A stretch of 64,000 nt of DNA from Solirubrobacterales bacterium (GTDB lineage: Bacteria; Actinomycetota; Thermoleophilia; Solirubrobacterales; 70-9): contig DATFPK010000019.1 in assembly GCA_035264885.1 (NCBI GenBank), forward strand, positions 2,885-66,884, read 5' to 3'. The notes beneath the pieces are model-generated. The model did no database searches, was not told the DNA's origin, and saw only the letters and a program-made list of their open reading frames with translations. Position numbers and translations under genes: made by a program. This document shows, in pieces, positions 35,541 to 44,526 of this stretch (within the stretch, counting starts at the first letter, position 1; each line of letters starts with the position of its first letter).

Positions 35541-36259
35541 CCGGCACCGTTGCCTGGCACGACCTCGAGTGCGCCTCCTACAGCGCCGACTTGCCGGTCT
35601 GGGAGAGCCTCGCGCAGCGGTACGGCGGACCCGTGCTCGATCTCGGTTGTGGGACCGGCCGGGTGGCGCTGCACCTCGCCCGCCGGGGCCACCAGGTCGT
35701 GGGCATCGACCGCGACGCGCCGCTGGTCGAGGAGATGCTGGCCCGGGCGGAGGCCGAGGCCCTGGATGTGGGCGGCGAGGCCGGAGACGCCCGCCGCCTC
35801 GACCTTGGCCGGGACTTCCCGCTCGTACTGGCGGCGATGCAGCTGGTTCAGCTGGTGGGACACCGGGCGGAGCGTGGGGCCCTGCTTCAAGGGGCCGCCG
35901 GCCACGTCGCTCCCGGCGGCGCGCTCGCCCTGGCGATCGTCGAAGCCCTACCCAGGACCGACCCGGACGCCCGCCCCCTGCCGGACGTCCTCGAGCGCGG
36001 CGGCTGGGTGCTTTCGAGCCTGCCGGTGGCGCTCGACCTCTCACCCGGCCGGATCCGCGTCCTGCGGCTCCGCCAGGCGGTCTCACCCGCAGGCGAGCTG
36101 AGCGAGGAACGCAGCGAGACCGAGCTGGCTCGGCTGGACGCGGCGGACCTGCGGCGCGAGGCCGAGGCCCACGGCCTCGTCGCCGAGGAGACCATCACCG
36201 TCCCCGCGTCCGCCGACCATGTGGGCTCGTCGATCCTCACCTTCGAAAGGGCGGTCTGA
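35537..36259 (+). CDS. class I SAM-dependent methyltransferase inserted between murT and gatD
   Basis: GTG 35537 forms GTGA with the murT stop. Motif I VLDLGCGTGRVALHLARRGHQVVGIDRD. The stop lies 2 nt before the gatD ATG. Confidence 0.8.
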   Translation: MTGTVAWHDLECASYSADLPVWESLAQRYGGPVLDLGCGTGRVALHLARRGHQVVGIDRDAPLVEEMLARAEAEALDVGGEAGDARRLDLGRDFPLVLAAMQLVQLVGHRAERGALLQGAAGHVAPGGALALAIVEALPRTDPDARPLPDVLERGGWVLSSLPVALDLSPGRIRVLRLRQAVSPAGELSEERSETELARLDAADLRREAEAHGLVAEETITVPASADHVGSSILTFERAV

Positions 36260-36261
36260 GG

Positions 36262-36996
36262 ATGGAGCTCCGGATTCTCGCCCTCTACCCCGACCATATG
36301 AACATCTACGCGGACCGGGGGAACATCGTCTTCCTCCAGCGGCGCTGCGAGTGGCGGGGGATCGGGTTCTCCTATGCCGGCGCCGGGCCCGGGGAGCAGA
36401 TCGACCCCGGAGACCACGACCTCCTCTACATGGGCGGCGGCCAGGATCGCGACCAGGTGATGGTCGCGCGCGACCTGGTCGAGACGAAACGCGACGCGCT
36501 CGCCGCCGCGACCGAGGACGGTGCCGTGCTGCTCGCGGTATGCGGCGGCTACCAGCTCCTCGGCCACAGCTACCAGCTCGGCGACGAGCGGGCGCCCGGG
36601 CTCGGGCTGGCCGACCTGGAGACAGTGCGGGAGCCGGGCGAGCGCCTGATCGGCAACGTCGCGATCGAGGCCGATTTCGGCGGAGCGCCTCATGTCATCG
36701 CGGGGTTCGAGAACCACGGCGGGAGGACCTACCTCGGTGAGGAGGCGCGCCCCCTGGGCCGCGTGTTGCGCGGACACGGGAACAACGGCCGGGACGGTCT
36801 CGAGGGCGTCCGCAAGGGCAACCTGATCGGTACGTACCTGCACGGGCCGCTACTGCCGAAGAACGCCTGGCTCGCCGATCACCTGATCTCGCTGGCGCTC
36901 GCCCGGCGGTACGGCGAGGCGCCGCGGCTCGAGCCGCTCGGCGACGAGTTCGAGACCGCCGCCCACCAGACCGCGCGCCGCGCGGCCGGGATCTGA
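36262..36996 (+). CDS. gatD: lipid II isoglutaminyl synthase glutaminase subunit GatD (CobQ-type amidotransferase)
   Basis: MELRILALYPDHMNIYADRGN. Nucleophile AVCGGYQLLG. GTYLHGPLLPKN. Confidence 0.9.
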   Translation: MELRILALYPDHMNIYADRGNIVFLQRRCEWRGIGFSYAGAGPGEQIDPGDHDLLYMGGGQDRDQVMVARDLVETKRDALAAATEDGAVLLAVCGGYQLLGHSYQLGDERAPGLGLADLETVREPGERLIGNVAIEADFGGAPHVIAGFENHGGRTYLGEEARPLGRVLRGHGNNGRDGLEGVRKGNLIGTYLHGPLLPKNAWLADHLISLALARRYGEAPRLEPLGDEFETAAHQTARRAAGI

Positions 36997-37545
36997 TCAG
37001 GTCGCGATGGTCCAGTCGTAATCGGCGTACTCGACCCCGAGGGTGTCGATCCGCGACAGCATCGAGGCGACCTCCGGCAGATACCTGGCGACAAACGCGA
37101 TCTGGGCGCGCCGGTCGCCGAAGTCGCCCCGGTAGATCCGCATCAGACGGGGCAGGGTCAGGACGCCTCCCTCGCGGTCGACACGGGTCTCCTGGTCGAG
37201 ATAGGACCGCGTCGCGAGGCGAAGCTGGGCGTCCAGTCCGGCGTCGTCGTAGAACCGCAGCGGCGGGCAAGAGCGAGCGCCGCAGTTCAGCGCGAAGTGG
37301 ATTCGCGGGTCGAGCCGCGAGGGGATGGCCGCGCGACGGGCGTCACGGCGGCGGAACGGGCGCCGCAGCGCGGTAGGAGCCCGGGCGTTCCGGCGCAGGA
37401 TGCCGTGCTCGATCTGGCTCAGCGTGAATGTTGCGTCGCCGACCCGATACGCGGCTCTCTCGAAGAGGCGAATGTGGCGGAGCAGGTTCCCGCTCCGCGG
37501 CCGCACGAGCATCTCGTGCAGGAAGAGCGCGTTGTAGACGTTCAA
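36997..37545 (-). CDS. DUF547 domain protein
   Basis: NVYNALFLH and HFALNCGARSCPPL motifs. TTG 37545 is the first canonical start, but family-like sequence continues to CTG 37731 (see findings). Confidence 0.75.
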   Translation of the reverse strand: MNVYNALFLHEMLVRPRSGNLLRHIRLFERAAYRVGDATFTLSQIEHGILRRNARAPTALRRPFRRRDARRAAIPSRLDPRIHFALNCGARSCPPLRFYDDAGLDAQLRLATRSYLDQETRVDREGGVLTLPRLMRIYRGDFGDRRAQIAFVARYLPEVASMLSRIDTLGVEYADYDWTIAT

Positions 37546-37727
37546 CCAGAACGCGGTCCGGCGGTAGTCGCCGCACAGCTTGCGGGGACCGACCCCGTGC
37601 AGGGCGCCGGCGAGCGCCGCGACCTCATCGGGGCGGACGTCCGGCTCACGAGCCGCGGCCAGCAGAGCGCCGGAGACCTCAACCGGGTCGGCGAGGAGTG
37701 GGCCCGGCTCCGGATTGAGGACTTTGC

Positions 37728-38159
37728 TCAGCGGCCGCTCGATCCGAAGCCGCCCTCGCCGCGCGCCGACTCGGCCAGCGCATCGGCTTCGACCGGCTCG
37801 GGCGTGTCGATGGGGACCACGAGGAGCTGCGCGATCCGGTCACCGGCGGCGACCCGGAAGACGTCGGCGGGATCGGTGTTCAGCAGCAGGACCCGGATCT
37901 CGCCGCGGTAGCCGGAGTCGATCAGGCCGGGCGCGTTGACCAGCGCGATGCCGTGCCGATGCGCGAGCCCCGAGCGAGGCAGGACGAGGCCCGCGCGGCC
38001 CTCGGGGATCTCGACCGCGACGCCGGTGCCGACGCTCCACCGCTCCCCCGGTCCGAGGTGCGCGGGCTCGGCGGCGTAGAGGTCGAGGCCGGCGTCCCAA
38101 TCATGGGCCCGGCTCGGCAGCGTCGCCCCTGCGGCGAGGCGTTTGAAGCGCAGCTCCAT
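37728..38159 (-). CDS. dut: dUTP diphosphatase
   Basis: ATG 38159. AGLDLYAAEP, RSGLAHRHGIALVNAPGLIDSGYRGE, C-terminal RGEGGFGSSGR. Confidence 0.9.
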   Translation of the reverse strand: MELRFKRLAAGATLPSRAHDWDAGLDLYAAEPAHLGPGERWSVGTGVAVEIPEGRAGLVLPRSGLAHRHGIALVNAPGLIDSGYRGEIRVLLLNTDPADVFRVAAGDRIAQLLVVPIDTPEPVEADALAESARGEGGFGSSGR

Positions 38160-38181
38160 CGACGCCGACCCTACCGGCGCC

Positions 38182-39531
38182 CTACTTGCCCGCGCCGGAC
38201 CGACCCGCGCCGTTGACGGAGAACTCCGCGAAGCGGTGGAGCTCGGCGGCGGGAACACGGGCGTGGACGAGGACGCCGTCCTCGCGCTCCTCGCGCTCGA
38301 GGTCGCCGGCGAGCTCGTGGAGCTCGGAGAGGCGGGCGCCCTCGCTGTAGGGGACGAGGAGCTCGACCTCGCGCAGGGTCTCCGCGAAGGCGCGCTCGAT
38401 TGCCTCCTCGAGCTGATCGAGCCCGGTCGCCTCGAGGGCGGAGACGAGCAAGGCGCCGGGATGCCGGAGCAGGACCTCGCGCTGCTCGTCGTCGTCGAGC
38501 AGATCGGCCTTGTTGAAGACCAGAAGGCGGGGCTTGCCCCCCGCGCCGATCTCCTCGAGTACGTCGTCGACCGCGCGCATGTCGGCCTCGCGCCGCTCCT
38601 CCGGCGCCGCAGCGTCGACGACGTGCAGGATCAGGTCCGACAGCGTCGTCTCCTCGAGCGTAGCCTTGAAGGCCTCGACGAGCTGGTGGGGCAGCTTCTC
38701 GATGAACCCGACGGTGTCGGTCACGAGGTAGCGGCGGCCGTCGTGCTCGAACGAGCGCGTGGTCGGGTCGAGGGTGTGGAACAGGCGGTCCCCGATGCTC
38801 GTCTCGGATCCGGTCATCGCGTTCTGCAGGGTCGACTTGCCGGCGTTCGTGTACCCCGCGAGGGCGACGCGGGGTACCGAGGACCGCTCGCGCCGAGCCC
38901 GCATCACATCGCGCGTGCGCTCGGTGCGGCTGAGCCTCCGCCGCAGCGCCGAGATCCGGTCGCGGGCGAGGCGGCGATCGGTCTCGATCTGGGACTCACC
39001 TGGGCCCCTGGTGCCGATGCCGCCGTCCATCCGGCCGGCGCCGAGACGCTCGAGGTGCGTCCACAGGCCGCGCATCCGGGCCAGGTTGTACTCGAGCTGG
39101 GCGAGCTCGACCTGGAGCTTGCCCTCGGCCGAGTGCGCATGGGCGGCGAAGATGTCGAGGATGATCGCCGTGCGGTCGATGACCGGTACGCCCAGCGCCG
39201 CCTCCAGATTGCGCTCCTGGCGCGGCGCCAGCTCGTCGTCACAGGCGACGAGGTTGGCGTCGCGACGCGCGATCTCCGTCTTCAGCTCCGCCAGCTTCCC
39301 GCGCCCGAAGTAGCGATCGGGGTCGGGCCGGTCACGCGGCTGGATCATCTGCCCGGCGGTCGCCACCCCCGCGGTCCGCAGCAGCTCCTTGAGCTCCTCC
39401 AGCGGCTCCTCGCCATGGCCGTCGGAGATCCCGATCGCCAGCGCCCGCTGCCGGGCTCGCGCCTTCGCGACGCCTGCGGCGCCGTCTCCGTTCCACGCCT
39501 GCGGGCTGCCTCCGTTGCTGGATCTGGGCAC
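38182..39531 (-). CDS. hflX: GTPase HflX
   Basis: G1 GYTNAGKST, DTVGFI, NKADL, HflX N-terminal domain. Confidence 0.9.
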   Translation of the reverse strand: MPRSSNGGSPQAWNGDGAAGVAKARARQRALAIGISDGHGEEPLEELKELLRTAGVATAGQMIQPRDRPDPDRYFGRGKLAELKTEIARRDANLVACDDELAPRQERNLEAALGVPVIDRTAIILDIFAAHAHSAEGKLQVELAQLEYNLARMRGLWTHLERLGAGRMDGGIGTRGPGESQIETDRRLARDRISALRRRLSRTERTRDVMRARRERSSVPRVALAGYTNAGKSTLQNAMTGSETSIGDRLFHTLDPTTRSFEHDGRRYLVTDTVGFIEKLPHQLVEAFKATLEETTLSDLILHVVDAAAPEERREADMRAVDDVLEEIGAGGKPRLLVFNKADLLDDDEQREVLLRHPGALLVSALEATGLDQLEEAIERAFAETLREVELLVPYSEGARLSELHELAGDLEREEREDGVLVHARVPAAELHRFAEFSVNGAGRSGAGK

Positions 39532-39575
39532 TCCTCCCGATTGTAGGGAGCAGCCGCGAGGGGATAGGCTGGCGC

Positions 39576-40571
39576 GTGATGAAGGTTTTCGTCACCGGCG
39601 GCACCGGATTCATCGGCGGTCACGTGGTGCGCCGTCTGCGCGATCGTGGCGACGGCGTCGTCTGCCTGGTCCGGGACCTCGGCAAGGGCGCCGAGCTCGA
39701 GGCGCTCGGCGCGACGCTGGTCGAGGGCGACCTCTCGCGCGGGGGCGTCATCTCCACCGCCATGCAGGGCTGCGACGCAGCGATCCACGGCGCCGCGATC
39801 TACGAGGTCGGCATCCCGAAGGGCGAGCGGCGCGCGATGCACGAGGCCAACGTGGTCGGGACCGAGCGGGTCCTCCGCGCCGCGCTCGAAGCTAAGGTGC
39901 CGAGGGTCGTCTACATCTCCACCGTCGCCGCGTTCGGTAACACCCACGGGGAGGTCGTGGACGAGACCTACGTGCACCCGGGCCAGGAGTTCACCTCCTA
40001 CTACGAGGAGACGAAGGTCGAGGCCCACCGGATCGCGAGGCGGATGATCGACGACGAGGGCCTGCCCCTGGTGATCGTCCAGCCCGGCGGCGTCTACGGC
40101 CCCGAAGACCACTCCTCGGTCGGCCAGCAGATCAATCAGTTCCTCGCCGGCCGGCTCCCGATGCTGCCGTTCCCCGACCTCGGCCTGAACCTCGTCCACG
40201 TCGAGGACGTCGCTGACGGCGTCCTGCTCGCGCTCGACAAGGGCCAGGTCGGCGAGTCCTACGTGCTCGGCGGCGAGATCACCTCCATGCGTGGCCTGAT
40301 CGACACCGTCGGCCGGGTTGCCGGGAGAAAGCCGCCGAAGCGGGCAATGCCGACCGCGATGCTGAAGCTGATGACGCCCGCCGGGCCGGTCGTCGGCAAG
40401 CTGATGGGCCAGCCGCCCAATCTCCGCGAGTTGATCAGCTCCGCCGACGGCGTCACGTTCTGGGCCCGCCACGACAAGGCGATGCAGGAGCTCGGCTACT
40501 CTCCGCGGGGGCTGGAGCAGGGGATCCGCGAGACCCTGGCCGCCGAGGGCAAGCTGCCCGCGGCCGCCTGA
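39576..40571 (+). CDS. NAD-dependent epimerase/dehydratase family (extended SDR)
   Basis: KVFVTGGTGFIGGHVV. YEETKVEAH (YxxxK). Confidence 0.9.
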   Translation: MMKVFVTGGTGFIGGHVVRRLRDRGDGVVCLVRDLGKGAELEALGATLVEGDLSRGGVISTAMQGCDAAIHGAAIYEVGIPKGERRAMHEANVVGTERVLRAALEAKVPRVVYISTVAAFGNTHGEVVDETYVHPGQEFTSYYEETKVEAHRIARRMIDDEGLPLVIVQPGGVYGPEDHSSVGQQINQFLAGRLPMLPFPDLGLNLVHVEDVADGVLLALDKGQVGESYVLGGEITSMRGLIDTVGRVAGRKPPKRAMPTAMLKLMTPAGPVVGKLMGQPPNLRELISSADGVTFWARHDKAMQELGYSPRGLEQGIRETLAAEGKLPAAA

Positions 40572-40637
40572 CCGCGGCGGCGCTTCATCGCTAGCCTGCC
40601 GCCCCGGCAGCCTCGTCCCCCCTATCAAGGAGAAACA

Positions 40638-41498
40638 GTGCTCACCCCGAACCGTCCGCGCCTCCGGGCGCTCACGCTGCTTGCCGCGGTGCTCTCGCTC
40701 GTCCTCATCGCCGCCTGCGGCGACGATGACGACTCGGGCTCCGGCGTCGACTCCGGCGACGCGGCGCCGTTCGACGTCTCGGTCGAGAACGCCGGCGGCT
40801 CGGTCGCGTTCGACGCGCCCCAGCGGGCCGCGGCCGGCCTGACCGCGATCACCCTCGCGAACGAGTCCAAGAAGCCCGAGGACCTCCAGCTGATCAAGGT
40901 CGAGGGCAAGCGCTCCGAGCAGGAGGTCGTCGCCGCCTACAACCAGGTCGGCCGGGGCGGCGCGCCGATCCCCGCCTGGTTCCTCGCCGGCGGTGGCGTC
41001 CCGACCACGGGGTCCGGTGACTCCGCCACGGTCGAGCAGGTGCTCGAGCCGGGCACCTACTACGGCTTCACCAGCGGGACTCAGGGCCACATGTCGTTCC
41101 AGGTCACCGGCCAGGCCTCGGACGCGGAGCTGCCCGAGGCGGACGCCACCGTGTCGGCCTTCGAGTACGGCTTCAAGGCGGAGGGACTGAAGTCCGGGGA
41201 GAACCGGATCCGTTTCGAGAACATGGGCGCCCAGCCGCATCACATGCTCGCCTTCCCGATCATCGGCAATGCCTCGGTCGAGGATGTGAAGCAGTTCGTC
41301 AAGACCGAGAAGGGCAAGCCGCCGGTCGACTTCGAGCAGGAGGTGTCGACCGCGGTCCTCGAGGGACAGACCTCACAGCTCGTCGACGTGAAGCTGGGCA
41401 AGCCGGGCCGCTACGCCCTGCTCTGCTTCATCAGCGACCGTCAGGGCGGACCCCCGCATGCTCTGAAGGGCATGGTGACCGAGGTGGACGTCGAGTAG
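40638..41498 (+). CDS. lipoprotein of unknown function, possible tandem cupredoxin-like folds
   Basis: SD AAGGAGA. Lipobox LIAACG. C-terminal HHMLAF...LLCFISDRQGGPPHALKGM. Confidence 0.7.
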   Translation: MLTPNRPRLRALTLLAAVLSLVLIAACGDDDDSGSGVDSGDAAPFDVSVENAGGSVAFDAPQRAAAGLTAITLANESKKPEDLQLIKVEGKRSEQEVVAAYNQVGRGGAPIPAWFLAGGGVPTTGSGDSATVEQVLEPGTYYGFTSGTQGHMSFQVTGQASDAELPEADATVSAFEYGFKAEGLKSGENRIRFENMGAQPHHMLAFPIIGNASVEDVKQFVKTEKGKPPVDFEQEVSTAVLEGQTSQLVDVKLGKPGRYALLCFISDRQGGPPHALKGMVTEVDVE

Positions 41499-41501
41499 CA
41501 G

Positions 41502-42338
41502 GTGCGACTGATCGACGTCCGGCACCTCGGCCGCGAGAGGGTGATCGGCTGCTGGGAGGCCGACGGCGTCCTGATCGACCCAGGCCCCTCCTCCTCGCTG
41601 GGGACGCTGCTGGCCGAGCTTGGTGACGAGCCGCCGCGAGCCCTCCTCCTCACCCACATCCACCTCGACCACGCCGGGGCCGCCGGGACCCTGGTGCGAC
41701 GCTGGCCCCACCTCCACGTCCACGTGCATGAGCGGGGCGCCCCGCACCTGGCCGACCCCTCGCGCCTTTTGGCCAGCGCCCAGCGCCTCTACGGCGACCG
41801 CATGGAGGAGCTCTGGGGTGAAGTCGCGCCCGTTCCCGGGGAGAACCTGCGGCCGCTCGTGGGCGGCGAGGAGGTCCTGGGGGTTCGCGTCGCCTACACC
41901 CCCGGCCACGCCTCCCATCATGTCAGCTATCTGCACGAGGACAGCGGTCGCGCCTTCGTCGGCGACGTCGCCGCAGTGCGAATTCCCCCGTCGGGTTTCG
42001 TCCTGCCCCCCACGCCCCCGCCCGACATCGACCTCGAGGCCTGGGAGCGGTCGCTGGACCTGGTCGGGGAGTGGCAGCCGGCGAGCATCGGCCTGACCCA
42101 CTTCGGCGCCGTCGAGGAGCCCCCGGCCCACCTCGAGCTGGTCCGCCGCCGGCTGCGCGAGCAGGCGCGGCGGGCCCGGGAGGGCGGACCGGAGGAGTTC
42201 GAGCGGGAGCTGCGCCGGCAGGTCGCCGCCGCCGGTGACAAGGGCACGGCCGCCGCGCTCCTTCAGGCGGTGCCGCCCGAGCAGCAGTACCTCGGCCTGG
42301 AGCGCTACTGGCGCAAGCGGGCCGAGACCGCGGAGTGA
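41502..42338 (+). CDS. MBL-fold metallo-hydrolase
   Basis: LLTHIHLDHAG (HxHxDH). Confidence 0.9.
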   Translation: MRLIDVRHLGRERVIGCWEADGVLIDPGPSSSLGTLLAELGDEPPRALLLTHIHLDHAGAAGTLVRRWPHLHVHVHERGAPHLADPSRLLASAQRLYGDRMEELWGEVAPVPGENLRPLVGGEEVLGVRVAYTPGHASHHVSYLHEDSGRAFVGDVAAVRIPPSGFVLPPTPPPDIDLEAWERSLDLVGEWQPASIGLTHFGAVEEPPAHLELVRRRLREQARRAREGGPEEFERELRRQVAAAGDKGTAAALLQAVPPEQQYLGLERYWRKRAETAE

Positions 42339-42351
42339 ACGGCGTCTGCGC

Positions 42352-43215
42352 CTAGGCGGCGGTCGTCTGCGCCGGCCGCGGTGCCGGCATCAGGGCCGCG
42401 GCGGCGATCACGGCTGCGAAGGCGAGCGAGCGAGCGACGATCTCGACGGCCCCGTTCCCCATCGGGTCGCCGAAGACGAGCACGCCGCCGAGGATCGCGG
42501 CACAGTTCGCGGCGACCGACGAGAGGGTGATGACAGCGATGGCCTCGCCGGTCTGGAGGCCGCGCGCGAGCGCGAAGAAGGCGAGGACGCCGGCGACGAC
42601 GGCGACCATCGTCCACGGGCCGAGGATGCTGACGGGATCCCCGGGAACCGTTCCGGTGAGCGCCTTGATCGAGACGTCGGAGACTCCGACGAGCAGGCCG
42701 GCCGCGGCGCCCAAGGCGGCGCCGTGGCGCGGTCCGGGGGTGTCCGAGCGCCCGCCGAGCAGCAGGCCGATGCCGATGCCGATCGCGCCGGCCTCGAAGG
42801 CTGCCATCGCCGGAATCGAGTAGCTGGCATGGGCTCCGCTCGTGTCGGTGCTGATCGCGAGCAGGGCGAGGCCGCCGGCGCTCAGGCCGAGGCCGGCCCA
42901 CTGCCTGGGCCCCAGGGTCAGCCCGAACCAGCGCTCGGCCGGGAACGCGAGCAGGACGAGGCCGCCGGAGATCAGCATCTGCACGAGCGAGAGGGGCGCG
43001 ACGGTCAGCGCCGCGACGTGGAGCAGCCAGGCCGCGGCGGCGATCCCGAAGCCGATCGTCCACCAGCGCGAGCGGAACAGCGCGGCGGCGCTGCGCCCCG
43101 GGTGGCGGAAGCTGACCGCGGGCGCGGCAAGGGCGCCGCGATGCTTGCACAGGCCCGACACGTTGGTGAGGAACGCGCAGGCGATGGAAAGTGTTATTCC
43201 GATCTCGATCATCAA
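42352..43215 (-). CDS. integral membrane protein (DMT/NIPA-like, about 9 TM helices)
   Basis: 287 aa, hydrophobic throughout, high GC3. The family assignment is tentative. Confidence 0.7.
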   Translation of the reverse strand: MMIEIGITLSIACAFLTNVSGLCKHRGALAAPAVSFRHPGRSAAALFRSRWWTIGFGIAAAAWLLHVAALTVAPLSLVQMLISGGLVLLAFPAERWFGLTLGPRQWAGLGLSAGGLALLAISTDTSGAHASYSIPAMAAFEAGAIGIGIGLLLGGRSDTPGPRHGAALGAAAGLLVGVSDVSIKALTGTVPGDPVSILGPWTMVAVVAGVLAFFALARGLQTGEAIAVITLSSVAANCAAILGGVLVFGDPMGNGAVEIVARSLAFAAVIAAAALMPAPRPAQTTAA

Positions 43216-43334
43216 GGGCGACCCTGCCTTCCATCGACGCGGCCCCGAGCGCGCTTGAAGGCATTGGACGACTGATCTGGAGCCCCCGCCCCTCAGTCGA
43301 AAAGTGGGTACCCGCTTGAGGCTAGCGAAACCCT

Positions 43335-44504
43335 CTACGCGAGGTGCATCCTCATCCGCTCGACCGCCTCCGCCAGGCGGTCCTCGGGCGTGGTCAGCGA
43401 GATCCGGATGAAACCCTCGCCGCTCGGTCCGTACATCGCGCCCGGCGAGACCACCACGCCCGCCTCCTCCAGCACGAGCTCCGCGAACGAGGTCGAGGTG
43501 TGGCCCTCCGGGACCGGCGCCCAGACGTAGATGGTGCCCCTGGGCACCGGGACGTCGACGCCGATCTCGCGCAGCGCGCCGACGACCAGGTCGCGGCGGC
43601 GGGCATAGGTCTCGTTCATCCGATCGAGCGGCCCCCGCGGCCCTTCGAGGGCGGCGACGCCGGCGAGCTGGACGGCCTCGAAGAGACCGGAGTCGACGTT
43701 GGTCTTCAGTCTCCAGTAGGCCTCGATGGCATCCCGGTTGCCCAGGATGGCGGCGCAGCGCCAGCCGGTCATGTTGAAGCCCTTCGAGAGCGAGAACACC
43801 TCGACGCCGACCTCCTTGGCGCCCGGTGTGGCCAAAAAGCTCGGCGCTTCGTAACCGTCGAACGTGGTCTCCGAATAGGCGCTGTCGTGGACGACGAGGG
43901 TCTCGTGCTCGCGGGCGAACGAGACCACGAGCTCGAAGAACCCATCCGGCACGACCGCCCCGGTCGGGTTGTTCGGATAGTTGACGAACATCAGGCGGGC
44001 CCTGCGGGCCACGTCGGCGGGCACGGAGCTCAGGTCAGGGGCGAAGCCCAGATCGGGGCTCAGGGGCAGCAGCTCGGCGGACGCGCCGGCCAGGGTGGGC
44101 CCGCCGGTGTAGACCGGGTATCCGGGGTCCGAGGCGAGGGCCACGTCGCCCGGGTCGAGGAAGGCGAAGCACAGGTTGTAGATGCACTCCTTGGCGCCGA
44201 TCGCCGGGATCACCTCAGCCTCCGCATCGATCTCGACCCCGAAGCGCCGCCCGTAGAAGCTCGCGAAGGCGTTTCGGAACTCGCCCCTGCCCCGGTTCGA
44301 CGGGTAGTTGTGGGTCCCGGGCCGGGCGACGGCCTCCTGCATCGCCTTGACGATGTGCGGATACGTCGGCTCGTCCGGATCCCCGATTCCGAGGCTGATC
44401 ACGTCGACCCCGGCCGCCTTCTTCTCGGCGATCCGCCGCTCGAGCTCGGCGAACATGTACGGAGGGATCGCCTCGAGACGGCGCGCGGGATCGGTCAGGG
44501 CCAC
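43335..44504 (-). CDS. dapL: class I/II aminotransferase, probable LL-diaminopimelate aminotransferase
   Basis: IPPYMFAELERR...GIGDPD, NNPTG, PLP-lysine SLSKGFNMTGWR. Adjacent to dapF. Confidence 0.75.
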   Translation of the reverse strand: MALTDPARRLEAIPPYMFAELERRIAEKKAAGVDVISLGIGDPDEPTYPHIVKAMQEAVARPGTHNYPSNRGRGEFRNAFASFYGRRFGVEIDAEAEVIPAIGAKECIYNLCFAFLDPGDVALASDPGYPVYTGGPTLAGASAELLPLSPDLGFAPDLSSVPADVARRARLMFVNYPNNPTGAVVPDGFFELVVSFAREHETLVVHDSAYSETTFDGYEAPSFLATPGAKEVGVEVFSLSKGFNMTGWRCAAILGNRDAIEAYWRLKTNVDSGLFEAVQLAGVAALEGPRGPLDRMNETYARRRDLVVGALREIGVDVPVPRGTIYVWAPVPEGHTSTSFAELVLEEAGVVVSPGAMYGPSGEGFIRISLTTPEDRLAEAVERMRMHLA

Positions 44505-44526
44505 GGCGCGGCAGCCTAGCGAGGGG

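Noticed and set aside
38143-39546. 467-aa ORF on the plus strand
   Set aside because: It is antisense to hflX, which has the G1/G3/G4 GTPase motifs.
39345-41243. 632-aa ORF on the minus strand
   Set aside because: It spans and opposes two well-supported plus-strand genes (the epimerase and the lipoprotein). Its composition is an artefact.
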